Positions 18,601-28,520 of a DNA stretch of 64,000 bases are shown one piece after another (position 1 is the first letter of the stretch; every line of letters starts with the position of its first letter). This stretch comes from Candidatus Thorarchaeota archaeon. GTDB lineage: Archaea > Asgardarchaeota > Thorarchaeia > Thorarchaeales > Thorarchaeaceae. The notes under the pieces were generated by a model. That model was given only the letters and a program-made list of their open reading frames with translations, did no database searches and was not told where the DNA came from. Where the stretch lies: assembly GCA_011364905.1 (NCBI GenBank), contig RDNZ01000001.1:32001-96000 (forward strand), given 5' to 3'. Position numbers and translations under genes: made by a program.

Positions 18601-19621
18601 TGAAATCTCTTCTAAGAATGAAAGATCAATGATTAGTGCCCAAAGGGTCATCGTATTTGTAATTGTCAGCGTGTTGGTCTTTGCAGCTGTAGGACTCTAC
18701 GGACAGTTGGATGCTGTTGCAGCAGCTTTGGCATCCATTCCCTGGTGGTGGGTTCTACCAGCCATGATGGCTTTGTCGTTTTTCAACTACTTAATGCGGT
18801 ATGTGAAGTGGCAATATTTCCTACACAGGATTGATGTCAACTTAACTAACAGAGATAGTTTTAGCGTGTTTCTTGCAGGTTTCACATTAACAACAACACC
18901 AGGCAAGATTGGTGAAGCAATCAAGGGTTATTTCATTCGAGATATCGATGGTACACCTATAGCTAGAACAGTACCTGTTGTTGTTTCAGAACGCGTAACA
19001 GACCTCCTTGCACTTGTATTATTGGCAATGATTGGATTTGGCATTGGTGTAAACACAGGAGACCAGCTTTTGACCGTACTCATGTTGGGCGGGGTCATCC
19101 TTGTAGCAGCAATCGTTCTGAGTCAGAAAACCTTCTACCGAAAAGTCCTCAAACGCTTGACATCAATTGGACCCTTGAAGCGGTTCAAGGATCATATTGA
19201 TGATGTGGAATTCACAATGACCCAGACATTGGGTCCAAAACCGCTGACCTTGAGTACATCTGTAAGTATCCCAGGTTGGTTCATGGAATGCTTGGAGTTG
19301 TGGCTTTTATTGAGTCTGCTTTCGGGTGCAGGAATTCCATCCCTCTCCGCCGCATCTCTGATTCTCTTACTTCAGGCAACTTTTGTTCATGCGACAGCCT
19401 CAATCATAGGCGCAGTTTCCTTTCTTCCTGGCGGCGTTGGGACCTATGAGGTCACATCAGTATTGCTGATTACACTGCTACTTGGATTTACTCCCGACCT
19501 TGCTAGTGCAGCCACAATCCTGATCAGAGTGGTGACACTGTGGTTTAGCGTCATTGTAGGATTCATTGCCTTTGGTATAGTGACACGTAGGACAAGTAAA
19601 CGCCACAAGACTAGCGAGTGA
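18581..19621 (+). CDS. Lysylphosphatidylglycerol-synthase TM-domain (UPF0104) flippase-like protein
   Basis: RYVKW, TPGKIGEAIK, ERVTD, PGGVGTYE, RVVTLW; about 8 TM segments. Confidence 0.85.
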   Translation: MPMTAGDEISSKNERSMISAQRVIVFVIVSVLVFAAVGLYGQLDAVAAALASIPWWWVLPAMMALSFFNYLMRYVKWQYFLHRIDVNLTNRDSFSVFLAGFTLTTTPGKIGEAIKGYFIRDIDGTPIARTVPVVVSERVTDLLALVLLAMIGFGIGVNTGDQLLTVLMLGGVILVAAIVLSQKTFYRKVLKRLTSIGPLKRFKDHIDDVEFTMTQTLGPKPLTLSTSVSIPGWFMECLELWLLLSLLSGAGIPSLSAASLILLLQATFVHATASIIGAVSFLPGGVGTYEVTSVLLITLLLGFTPDLASAATILIRVVTLWFSVIVGFIAFGIVTRRTSKRHKTSE

Positions 19622-20699
19622 TTTGGTAGCTCCTCACAAGCTCTAACATCTCTCTTGCACTGCTTTTCTGCTCGAAGTGTGTCCGAACTGGATCTATCAT
19701 CTTATCGAGATAAGTCACCATTGTGTTCTTCAGGTCCAGGGGATGAAGGTCTCCTGCAACATATGCGTCTTCCAGGTCTTTGTAACTGGTAAAATCGATG
19801 TCGCCCCCAAATTTCTGTTTCCGCTCAACGGTTATACTTTCAAAGCCACGAAAGATAATATGCTTTGCATAATCTAATAGAGGATTCCCTTCAACCTCCT
19901 TTGGCGGACAGAATGCGGCCATTATTTTCGTGCGAATCTCATCTTTTGTGTCGTGGACAAAGATGCTGGATTCAGGCTTACTCTTACTCATCTTTGAAGA
20001 GATTTGAACGTCAAATCCTTTCTCCTCATCATAGCCCTCAGGTTCAGCAGCACCTTCAAGGTTCATGAGCATATGATGACTGATGACTACGGGCTTCCAC
20101 CACCCAAGCTTCGGTCCTACCTCTCGTGCAAGCATATTTGCCCTTCGCTGGTCAAGCCCTAATTGTGTGATGTCTGCTTCAAGATGGAATATATCAGCAA
20201 CTTGCATCATGGGATAGAAGTATTGAGCGACCTCTTTCATCTCGCCTTCTCTTCTACCCATAATTGTGAGTGCGCGAGTAGCTCTGGCTACGGTTGTATT
20301 TTTAGCGATTTTAACAACCCGAGACCAGTAATCCACAGAGTCCATCGCCTCGGAGGCCCACAGAAACTCAACTTTGTCTGTAGGAACGCCCCCAGCTTTC
20401 CAAACCTCAATGAAATACTCCCCAATGTGCCGGATTTTTTCTAGGTCTCCATCCATTTTATTGTTTATCCAAGCAAACCAATCTGCAAGCCATATTTTGA
20501 ACTTGACTCCTGCTTTTATGAGATCCTTCAGAAGAAGTGCTCGAAACACACCGAACGCAAGATGAGCCATCCCAGATGGTTCGAACCCGTCATAAGCTAT
20601 TGGATTCTTTTTTTCTTCCAAGAGTTGCCTAAGCTCAGGTAGTGTTACGACTTCTTCGCCCACGCTAGTGATTAACTTGATTCTTTCATCGAGGTTCAT
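19611..20699 (-). CDS. tyrS: Tyrosine--tRNA ligase (archaeal type)
   Basis: YDGFEPSG.AH, ADWFAWINNK, YPMMQVAD, GLDQRR, KMSKS, LHPLDLK. Confidence 0.96.
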   Translation of the reverse strand: MNLDERIKLITSVGEEVVTLPELRQLLEEKKNPIAYDGFEPSGMAHLAFGVFRALLLKDLIKAGVKFKIWLADWFAWINNKMDGDLEKIRHIGEYFIEVWKAGGVPTDKVEFLWASEAMDSVDYWSRVVKIAKNTTVARATRALTIMGRREGEMKEVAQYFYPMMQVADIFHLEADITQLGLDQRRANMLAREVGPKLGWWKPVVISHHMLMNLEGAAEPEGYDEEKGFDVQISSKMSKSKPESSIFVHDTKDEIRTKIMAAFCPPKEVEGNPLLDYAKHIIFRGFESITVERKQKFGGDIDFTSYKDLEDAYVAGDLHPLDLKNTMVTYLDKMIDPVRTHFEQKSSAREMLELVRSYQITR

Positions 20700-20804
20700 G
20701 CCGTCAGCATTGGACGATTCTCACTTAACTGTTCTCCAAAACAGGCAAGTAAACGCTAGAATCTGAATCTCATTCGACCATTGCAAAGCACAAAATAGTA
20801 GAAG

Positions 20805-20827
20805 CCAGTTGGAAAGCATCCAACTGG
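20805..20827 (-). terminator. Perfect 9-bp hairpin downstream of the giant-protein pair (putative terminator or 3' stabiliser)
   Basis: ccagttgga-aagca-tccaactgg, 13 nt past the stop at 20841, followed on the minus strand by T-rich sequence. Confidence 0.55.
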
Positions 20828-20840
20828 TTCATTGATTTGA

Positions 20841-23800
20841 TTAGTCCAAGTCAATCCCTAGACTGCTTAAGAGGGCATCGAGGTCCGCCTTTGAGAGACT
20901 CTTTGCTTCTTCTAGAATGACATCAATCTCATCAATAGCCATTCCTTTCTTAATGAGCTTCTGTCGTAGATCCTCCAACTCCTCAGGTCTCTGTTCGAGA
21001 GGTATCTCCTCGGGAGCAGGTTTGCCCTCTGGTGGTTTGGCCAGCACATCAGCTCGACGAGCTTTTTCTTGCTCAATTACCTCCTTTAAGAATCCAGGAC
21101 GCTCACTTGCTCTCATTCTTGCCAAGTCTGCCCTAAAGGCATCCATCTCTAGAGCACCTAAGCCTGTAAGAGCTGCAAGTTCTTCGAGCAATTCATTAAC
21201 TTCAGGTACAGTGGTAACAATTGGATAATCGATAACCTCGTCTGGCGTCTTTACAAGCCTCAACGGGTGTATCTCCTCGTTCACTATCTCCCTCGCCAAT
21301 CCCTGTCTGGTTGGAGCGCTAGGTGGTTTAGGTATTCTCCCTTTGCTAAGAGCACGCATCATTCTGTTCATGTCTCTGATCTGCTTGGGAACACTCCAAA
21401 CCCTTACATAGACTACGATGAACAAAGCTACAAAGACCAGGGCAAATCCTCCCACAATGGTCAAGAATCGCTGAGCTTCCGCTTCTGCGCTTCTATCTGA
21501 CTTAATGTTGAGGACCAATTGTCCAGATGCGTAAGTATCCTTCTGGAAGTTGATTGTTATTGAGAATGTCCCAACTTCATCTACTCTAAAGAAGAGGGTA
21601 TAGATTCCATTTTCATCACGCTTCAAATTCTCCAGGTAGGTTATGTTGCCTTGGCTAAATACGGGTGATATGCTAGCATCAGGAATTCCAACAAGGTGGT
21701 CAAGGTCGTAGTATGTGATCTGAACCTCAATTCTTGCTCCTGGGCGTGTGTAGATAGTGTTGTTGGTAATGGTCAATGTCGTTGCTATGGGTCTAATTGT
21801 CAATTCAAGGTGTTTAGGAGCAATCGAGTATTTCCCTGTTCCAAAGTCTATGTCAAAGCTGTATGATCCATATGGAAGATCACTAGGAATATTCATTGAG
21901 TATGAACCATTTTCTAGGAGCTGGAGTGGAATATTGAACAGCTGAGTTGAGTAAGCAATACCATTTACATCAGTTACGGATGAATTATCTAAACGATTGA
22001 TAACGTTGTACAGAATACTGGATTGTTCATTAATAGGAACAGAGTACAGCTCTGGTCCCAATATATCTGCGGGAGTAACATAGATTTCAATCTTTGCGGT
22101 TACAACTCGAGAGGTGTAGTTGGTAAGATCAAATCGGACCACTAGATCATACAATCCTGGGTTCTCGACATTGATTGGTACATTAACCTCGTAAGATCCG
22201 TTTATATGTTGGATAACAACCAGATCTCCCCCTTCCCAACTGGCTAGCACATTGGCACCATAGATCAACGAGTTATGCTGAGTATCATTGTAGTAGAATA
22301 GAAATGATTTCGTGTCACCCCAATATCCGCTCTGTAGGATTGGGACTGCAGTTGCTTGAGTTGGTATAGGTAAGATAGTGATGACTATAGACTTGTATGC
22401 CGTAGCGTATCCCATTTTGTCTGCCGTCATCCGGAGGTATATGGATTGGCTCGCAAGTGAACTGACATCAATGAAAGCACTGTATGATCCATTTAGTAGA
22501 TCAGTGAAGGTACCACTCAAACTACCCAATGTGTATGATACTGTAGCACCAGAAACAAGTGCTGCATGGAAAGTATCATTGTATACCGCCGTCAAGGACA
22601 ATGAGTCGCCGAAAAAGACGTATCGGATCGTAGTTCCGTCTGACGACGCAATTGTTGTTGGAATTGGGACGATACGTATGTCAATGTTGGTCTCTATGAA
22701 CTGAACATTTGTGGTTACAGCTCTGATTGTCAATGGGAAGACACCAACAGCGAATCCGGTAACATCTACCGATCCAGTGTACCAACCTGGGACACCAGTG
22801 GGCGTAAGGCCAGTTACTGTTCCATTCCATTCCATTGTCACACTCGCACCAGTGACGGGTAAGTCAGTGACTGTGCTTCTCAAGTATAGATCGAAATCGA
22901 TTACATTGTCTATAACTGCGTCATAGGTTGACTGCAAAGGTACTATCTGACCAGGAGCTTTTGAAACCACGAGAGTGAATGATTTCTGTCTGGTTTGGTA
23001 AAACTCCCTTGATGCTGTAATCTGTGGATTGTAAATGCCAAAATCTGCATCTGACGTATCAAGCAGCAAGTAGTAAGAGCCGTCCCCAGCATCAACAAAG
23101 TCGTAGATTGTGCTAGCCCAAAGTAGGGTTGCATTGAATCCCTCTAGATAACTCAAGTAGAAGGGTTCTTGGACTCGGAAACTAATGTTTAGAACTTCTC
23201 CCCAATCTCCATAGTAAGTGGATTGAGTCAAGACAATTTGTACAAGTTGCGCACCAGGTTGTACCGCGACTTGCGCTTCAGCGACTTGATAGAAGTTCTT
23301 TGTGGCTGTCACGGTGATTGAATATTGTTGAGCAACCAGTCCGGTAGTGTTCAAGGTGAGCGAATACAACCCATTGCCATTCTCAACCCATTGATATGCA
23401 TTGCCAGTTATATCGGTCCAATCACACTGTATTACTGCGCCTTCTAGAATCGTTCCGTGGTCCAAATCTTCTAGGGTAAGGGCTATGTTAATTGGAACTC
23501 CAACTGCTGTTGAACCAGCTGGTGGTGCCTCAGCAAGAAGCGATGTATGGACTGCTCTGACCAGTGCGGGAACATTCAATGCACTTCGGTCTGAATAGAA
23601 TGGGGAACCAGTCCATGTTATTGTGATATTGAAGTACACAGTCCCTGGTGAGCTGAAAAGAGTTGTATTCAATGTTATTTGATAGACTCCGTTACCAAGA
23701 CTGCTTACATGATAATCAGGCGAAGACCAACTACTACAGAATAATGTAACAGTTGCACCTTCGATTCCATCACCTGTGAGAAAATCAATGTATTCGAGGT

Positions 23801-26800
23801 TCATTGTGATATTGTCAAAGTATGGGGTTTCCTCCACAAGTGGAAATAGAATCACAGTTGAACGATAAGTCGTTGATGCTTGCGTAGTTGCAGTTCTATC
23901 AGCATAGAAGGGTGAACCTGATGTCCAATCTATACTTAGTTGAATAGCATGACTTGTTACCAAACTAAACGCATCTAGAATGGTTGAATTGAAACTAATC
24001 TCGTAGTATGTTCCGAAATTCACAAGAGTATAGTCACCGGATGCTATCACAGTCTGACTGACTCCATGGCTCAAGGTTATGTCACTCTTGTCAATTGTGA
24101 TAAATGACTTATCTAAGAAGTCTTCAAACACAAACCTGAAGGATACATTCTCGAGGAATGGAGTGCTACCGGGAGTCTTCGTTATTCGAATTTGCGTCGG
24201 TCGTTCTATAATATTAGCAGACAGTGTTCGTCGCGATGATAGATAATAGGGCGCTCCTGAGAAGGATGTTGTTACATTGAGTTGAAATGTACCCGGTGGT
24301 CCGAGAGCCGCGGTGTCAATTTCAACCAGATAATCGCCATTACCATTGTCTGTGATCCAATAGTCCACGCCCAAGGTCAAAGTGAGAGGATCGCTTGTCA
24401 CCATGACTGATGCGCTAGTGATACCGATACCTGAGCTATCATCGGTGAATGTAATGACAAATGTAATGTTTGACTGATATGGTGCATTGTCTGGACTCTC
24501 ATAGCTCAACTGTGTTGACCTTTCTAGAACAGTGAAGGCGAAGTACTCGAAGTTGTCACTTACATAATTAGGTCCAGTGTATGCTATGCTTGCATTGATG
24601 TAGTGAACCCCAGGCGGACCAAACGCTGAGGAGTTCAAGACTACAGTGAAGTGACCATCAGACACTGGTGTTACATGATAGAAAGCAGCACCAATGTTCA
24701 GAGTGAGAGTACCAGTCATTGCAGTCGTTGTTCCTGAGATTATGTCGGTGTAGACGAACTGAATGGTGACATTGTTACCCCATTGCGCCGGAGTAAATGG
24801 TAGGTGCGTCAACTGAGAACTTCTAAGCAAAACCATGACTAAGAATTGCTGGTTTTGTACGTCAGCATAGAATGGTGTGCCACTCCAAGTCAGGTTGAGG
24901 TGAAGTGCGACTTGACCCACGCCACTTAGAGAGGAAGTATTGATGACTACTGTAAACTCATTAGTACCAGGATCAAAGGAGTAGGACCAATCAACTCCAG
25001 GCTCATTGATTTCGATATTCAATGATGCAGAGTCTGCAATCCGTTCTGTTCGGATGGAATCAACGAATGAAAACACAAGACTTGCGTCCTCACCATAGGC
25101 AGTCGGTGAAACGGGTGAATAATCAATGTACGTGGGGCGTTCAAGAACCATAAGGAAAACACTGATTGTTTGATTCTCATATAGCGGGAGGACTCCGGCA
25201 CTCCACAGAAAGCCGATATTCACTTGGAACAATCCTACACCTTCGAGATTTGTGCTGTTAAGATGGAACTCATAGAGTACAGTAGCTCCCTGATTAACGA
25301 TTTCAATGTGGAAATCGTCTCCAGTAACTGGATTCACGCCAATGGGTGTGAAGGAAAGTGACACAGCGCCAGTTACGTTTGAGATGTAGGTTGAGTTGAC
25401 CACATCATAGAACACAGCTGAGAATGTGAAGTTGTCCAGATAGTACGTGGCAACGGGAGCTGTTTCTAAATACAAGTCGGTTTCTGTGCCTATCAATCTA
25501 AACGTAGTGTCAAGAGTTCGAGATTGGAACTTTAGTACTGGTCCCGTCCAACTGATTTGGATAGAGATGTTTTTCCAACCGACAGTTGACCACTGTAAAG
25601 TTGGAACTGTGATATTATAATGACCTGAACCCAGATCGCTCACAGAATAGACCAGTATGGGCAAATCAGAGGGCGTGACTAGAATATGAACATAGCCAGA
25701 GCTATTATCTATACCTAAGTTTAAGTCTGAGTCAAGATAGTTGACTAGAATATATGCATCAACTCCATGCGGAGTCTGAAGTATTGGATCCTCAAGCGTA
25801 AACAGAGTTGAATGTGATCTAACTTGTACACTTATTGAAATCGTATGATTCTGCATCTTTGTACCAGAGAAGCTCACAGAAACTGAGGATGTTCCTAGCG
25901 GAGTGGAATCAGTTGTGAATATAGTGAGTCTATACAGTCCTACCGAAATCTCATTGATACTATAAGTACCGGACCAATCGCAGAGGATTGAATTGTTTAG
26001 ACCAGTGAGGGGTGTATTGTGGTCTGCATCAGTCCACTCGAAAGTCAATGAACCAGACTCGCCAACTGGAATTGCAACAACATTTTGCAGGTAGGTCACC
26101 TTTGTGTATAGTTCCCTGACTTCAACATAGAGCAGATACCGCTGGGGTAGAATATATGGTGCACTTCCTGTGATCTCTACAACATATTCTCCCATTGCAA
26201 CAAAGGTTGTATTGAGCCAGAACTTGTAGCTCCCTGGTGATCCTGCTACAGGCGTAACGCTATAGTAGCTAGACCAATTACAGTCGACAGTTCCCGAAAC
26301 AATTCGTGAACCGAGATAGTCCTCAAATCCTATCGTGAAAGAGCTGTTATATCCAGAGGGGATTGATAGTCCTGGCGAAACGGGTGCTTCAAGCATCAAA
26401 TTTGCATCGAAGTTGAGGTTTATTGTCAATACATCATGAACTGCATCGAAATAAGGATGAGTCCAGTCAAGATTCAGAGTGTACTGTCCTTTCTGAGGCA
26501 AGTCACCAGTATCAAGTGTAGCGATGTACTCACCATTGCCAGCTGTTCCGAAATACTCTGTACCAGTGGTCCAGTTATAGCTCATCTGCCCATCTGAAAC
26601 GGTCACTCCAGGAATATCAGTATCATTGATTTGAATTCTAATGAGAAACAGATCAGGATAGGTCACATTTGTTGTCCAGGTTACAATGGCATCCTTTGGA
26701 TTCAACAAGGTAGATTCGGATGCATGTATAATACTGAATGAACGACGGAAGAATCCAGTCTTGTTCCATGCAGAGCCTGATAGACTGTTGGAGCAAAATG

Positions 26801-28520
26801 CCTGAACAATCCACTCTCCAGCAGATGCATTGGCACCAAAGGTCAAGCTTCCAGAATTCGCATACCCAGTACTGTTTACTGTAGCCATCTCTGAGAACCA
26901 AGCTCCACCTGATGGTGAAAACACGGTTATATTGACTTGGACTCCTGCGAATTGAGCGCCAATGTCTACTGCAAAGAAGGCCGTATCAGATGCCCTGAGG
27001 TTCATCGTCTGAGCTGTAGTGCCGCTTCCAATATTGGTCATCAGCAAATCAGTGATCATGTTTGCGCCTTTACTTTTAACAAGCCAATATCCCCACCGGT
27101 CTGCATAGGGATAGGCAGTAACATTCGCAAACCAATCTGGACCATGTCCCTCATCCCATGAAGAGATGTTCACATTGGTTCGTAAGGGTGAGCCCACATA
27201 GTAAACATCCCGATTTTCAGGCAGAGAGATGTTGTAATAGTATCGATTATCATATCCCTCAGGAATGTCGGCGTAGAACCAAGTCAGGTACTCAACCAGT
27301 GAGGCATTCGTTGCCACAAAATTCTCTCCAAAGGATGTAGGGTCTTGAGTTGTAACCGTGGTTGATTCGCTTCTAGCATAGAGATTCGTTTCAACTGTAA
27401 ATTCAACCCATATGTTTCTGTTCGGGACTGGTGTTGATGGTGTGGGTGTCCAAGAGAAGGTCACATCAACAGGACTTGTGGTCCAAACTGACGTAGGATT
27501 CTGTGTGACATTACCAAGTCCAGGTACAGACGAGCCGCCGCTGATGAAATCATTAACATCGAGCCCGTTCATTTGCATGTTGAGATCGCTTGGGTCGGCC
27601 TTGGTCTTTAGATATAGCTCGAAGTTGTCAACACGTGCGTAGGGATTAAGGTCGGGATTATAGTTCACAGTCTGCTGGCTGTAAAGACCTACTGTAACAA
27701 GTACGCCATCTGACAGGTCGAAAATAGATAGGTCTGGGAGAGTAATCAATCCACTATCGTACCAAGTTTGGGCTTGATCAATATCAGGGAATGACTTTTG
27801 CCAAACACGCTGAGTGTAATCGTTCGTTTCAATTGAAACAAAGATAGCTACAAATCCATCTGCGCCCCAGTCAGAGTCAACCCAATAGTCCAGTCTAAAG
27901 CCTGCCCAAACAACGTCACCACGATTCACAGAGAAGGTTTGCTGAGCCCAGGCTCTCTCCCCTTCAGATGGGTCTCCACCGCCTGCGATCTCAAACTGAA
28001 CACAGTCATCTCCAGCACCATGTCCGTTGGCTAACCAGCTCGCCGATGGAGCTGCTCCTCCACCAATGCTCACCTGATTGAGAGACCAGCTAGATGGGCT
28101 GTTTTCCATATCGGGATCTTGGACCCATGTTCGATTCTCTGTAAGGTCAGATATTCCGGTAAATAGCTCATAGCCTTCCCAGTCAGTACCCATAGGAATC
28201 GAAACGGACTCACTATTGGTACTACTATTGCTTGAGAAGTATCTCATCTGATTGCTGGTGAAGGTATCGCTTCTATTTCCATACTCTTGTGCTGGCAATC
28301 CAGATGATGTACCAGACCACGTGGTCCAGCCTTGTTCAGCATTCAAATAGCCCGTTTCAGTAGGATTGGACATCGGAGAAGAGATTGTATCTTCCGGATT
28401 GGCCATACCATTGGTCGTTTTGCCGCTTTGTCCTTGTTGCAAACCAATATTCGCTGTAGCACTGAACACCATCAAGAATGTGATGAGTATCAATAGGGAT
28501 AGTCTATATCTTGTGTTCAT
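20841..28520 (-). CDS. Giant (2559 aa) single-pass cell-surface protein B: head domain + Ig-like repeats + cytoplasmic helical tail
   Basis: Signal peptide, ~100-aa repeats (G.Y.I.L.T..L, WTG.P.Y..R, F.Y.D), dense N-x-S/T sequons, one TM, ~180-aa charged tail. Confidence 0.88.
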   Translation of the reverse strand: MNTRYRLSLLILITFLMVFSATANIGLQQGQSGKTTNGMANPEDTISSPMSNPTETGYLNAEQGWTTWSGTSSGLPAQEYGNRSDTFTSNQMRYFSSNSSTNSESVSIPMGTDWEGYELFTGISDLTENRTWVQDPDMENSPSSWSLNQVSIGGGAAPSASWLANGHGAGDDCVQFEIAGGGDPSEGERAWAQQTFSVNRGDVVWAGFRLDYWVDSDWGADGFVAIFVSIETNDYTQRVWQKSFPDIDQAQTWYDSGLITLPDLSIFDLSDGVLVTVGLYSQQTVNYNPDLNPYARVDNFELYLKTKADPSDLNMQMNGLDVNDFISGGSSVPGLGNVTQNPTSVWTTSPVDVTFSWTPTPSTPVPNRNIWVEFTVETNLYARSESTTVTTQDPTSFGENFVATNASLVEYLTWFYADIPEGYDNRYYYNISLPENRDVYYVGSPLRTNVNISSWDEGHGPDWFANVTAYPYADRWGYWLVKSKGANMITDLLMTNIGSGTTAQTMNLRASDTAFFAVDIGAQFAGVQVNITVFSPSGGAWFSEMATVNSTGYANSGSLTFGANASAGEWIVQAFCSNSLSGSAWNKTGFFRRSFSIIHASESTLLNPKDAIVTWTTNVTYPDLFLIRIQINDTDIPGVTVSDGQMSYNWTTGTEYFGTAGNGEYIATLDTGDLPQKGQYTLNLDWTHPYFDAVHDVLTINLNFDANLMLEAPVSPGLSIPSGYNSSFTIGFEDYLGSRIVSGTVDCNWSSYYSVTPVAGSPGSYKFWLNTTFVAMGEYVVEITGSAPYILPQRYLLYVEVRELYTKVTYLQNVVAIPVGESGSLTFEWTDADHNTPLTGLNNSILCDWSGTYSINEISVGLYRLTIFTTDSTPLGTSSVSVSFSGTKMQNHTISISVQVRSHSTLFTLEDPILQTPHGVDAYILVNYLDSDLNLGIDNSSGYVHILVTPSDLPILVYSVSDLGSGHYNITVPTLQWSTVGWKNISIQISWTGPVLKFQSRTLDTTFRLIGTETDLYLETAPVATYYLDNFTFSAVFYDVVNSTYISNVTGAVSLSFTPIGVNPVTGDDFHIEIVNQGATVLYEFHLNSTNLEGVGLFQVNIGFLWSAGVLPLYENQTISVFLMVLERPTYIDYSPVSPTAYGEDASLVFSFVDSIRTERIADSASLNIEINEPGVDWSYSFDPGTNEFTVVINTSSLSGVGQVALHLNLTWSGTPFYADVQNQQFLVMVLLRSSQLTHLPFTPAQWGNNVTIQFVYTDIISGTTTAMTGTLTLNIGAAFYHVTPVSDGHFTVVLNSSAFGPPGVHYINASIAYTGPNYVSDNFEYFAFTVLERSTQLSYESPDNAPYQSNITFVITFTDDSSGIGITSASVMVTSDPLTLTLGVDYWITDNGNGDYLVEIDTAALGPPGTFQLNVTTSFSGAPYYLSSRRTLSANIIERPTQIRITKTPGSTPFLENVSFRFVFEDFLDKSFITIDKSDITLSHGVSQTVIASGDYTLVNFGTYYEISFNSTILDAFSLVTSHAIQLSIDWTSGSPFYADRTATTQASTTYRSTVILFPLVEETPYFDNITMNLEYIDFLTGDGIEGATVTLFCSSWSSPDYHVSSLGNGVYQITLNTTLFSSPGTVYFNITITWTGSPFYSDRSALNVPALVRAVHTSLLAEAPPAGSTAVGVPINIALTLEDLDHGTILEGAVIQCDWTDITGNAYQWVENGNGLYSLTLNTTGLVAQQYSITVTATKNFYQVAEAQVAVQPGAQLVQIVLTQSTYYGDWGEVLNISFRVQEPFYLSYLEGFNATLLWASTIYDFVDAGDGSYYLLLDTSDADFGIYNPQITASREFYQTRQKSFTLVVSKAPGQIVPLQSTYDAVIDNVIDFDLYLRSTVTDLPVTGASVTMEWNGTVTGLTPTGVPGWYTGSVDVTGFAVGVFPLTIRAVTTNVQFIETNIDIRIVPIPTTIASSDGTTIRYVFFGDSLSLTAVYNDTFHAALVSGATVSYTLGSLSGTFTDLLNGSYSAFIDVSSLASQSIYLRMTADKMGYATAYKSIVITILPIPTQATAVPILQSGYWGDTKSFLFYYNDTQHNSLIYGANVLASWEGGDLVVIQHINGSYEVNVPINVENPGLYDLVVRFDLTNYTSRVVTAKIEIYVTPADILGPELYSVPINEQSSILYNVINRLDNSSVTDVNGIAYSTQLFNIPLQLLENGSYSMNIPSDLPYGSYSFDIDFGTGKYSIAPKHLELTIRPIATTLTITNNTIYTRPGARIEVQITYYDLDHLVGIPDASISPVFSQGNITYLENLKRDENGIYTLFFRVDEVGTFSITINFQKDTYASGQLVLNIKSDRSAEAEAQRFLTIVGGFALVFVALFIVVYVRVWSVPKQIRDMNRMMRALSKGRIPKPPSAPTRQGLAREIVNEEIHPLRLVKTPDEVIDYPIVTTVPEVNELLEELAALTGLGALEMDAFRADLARMRASERPGFLKEVIEQEKARRADVLAKPPEGKPAPEEIPLEQRPEELEDLRQKLIKKGMAIDEIDVILEEAKSLSKADLDALLSSLGIDLD

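Noticed and set aside
20550-20590. TyrRS HIGH motif reads HLAF
   Set aside because: This motif varies among archaeal/eukaryote-type TyrRS; all other motifs are intact.
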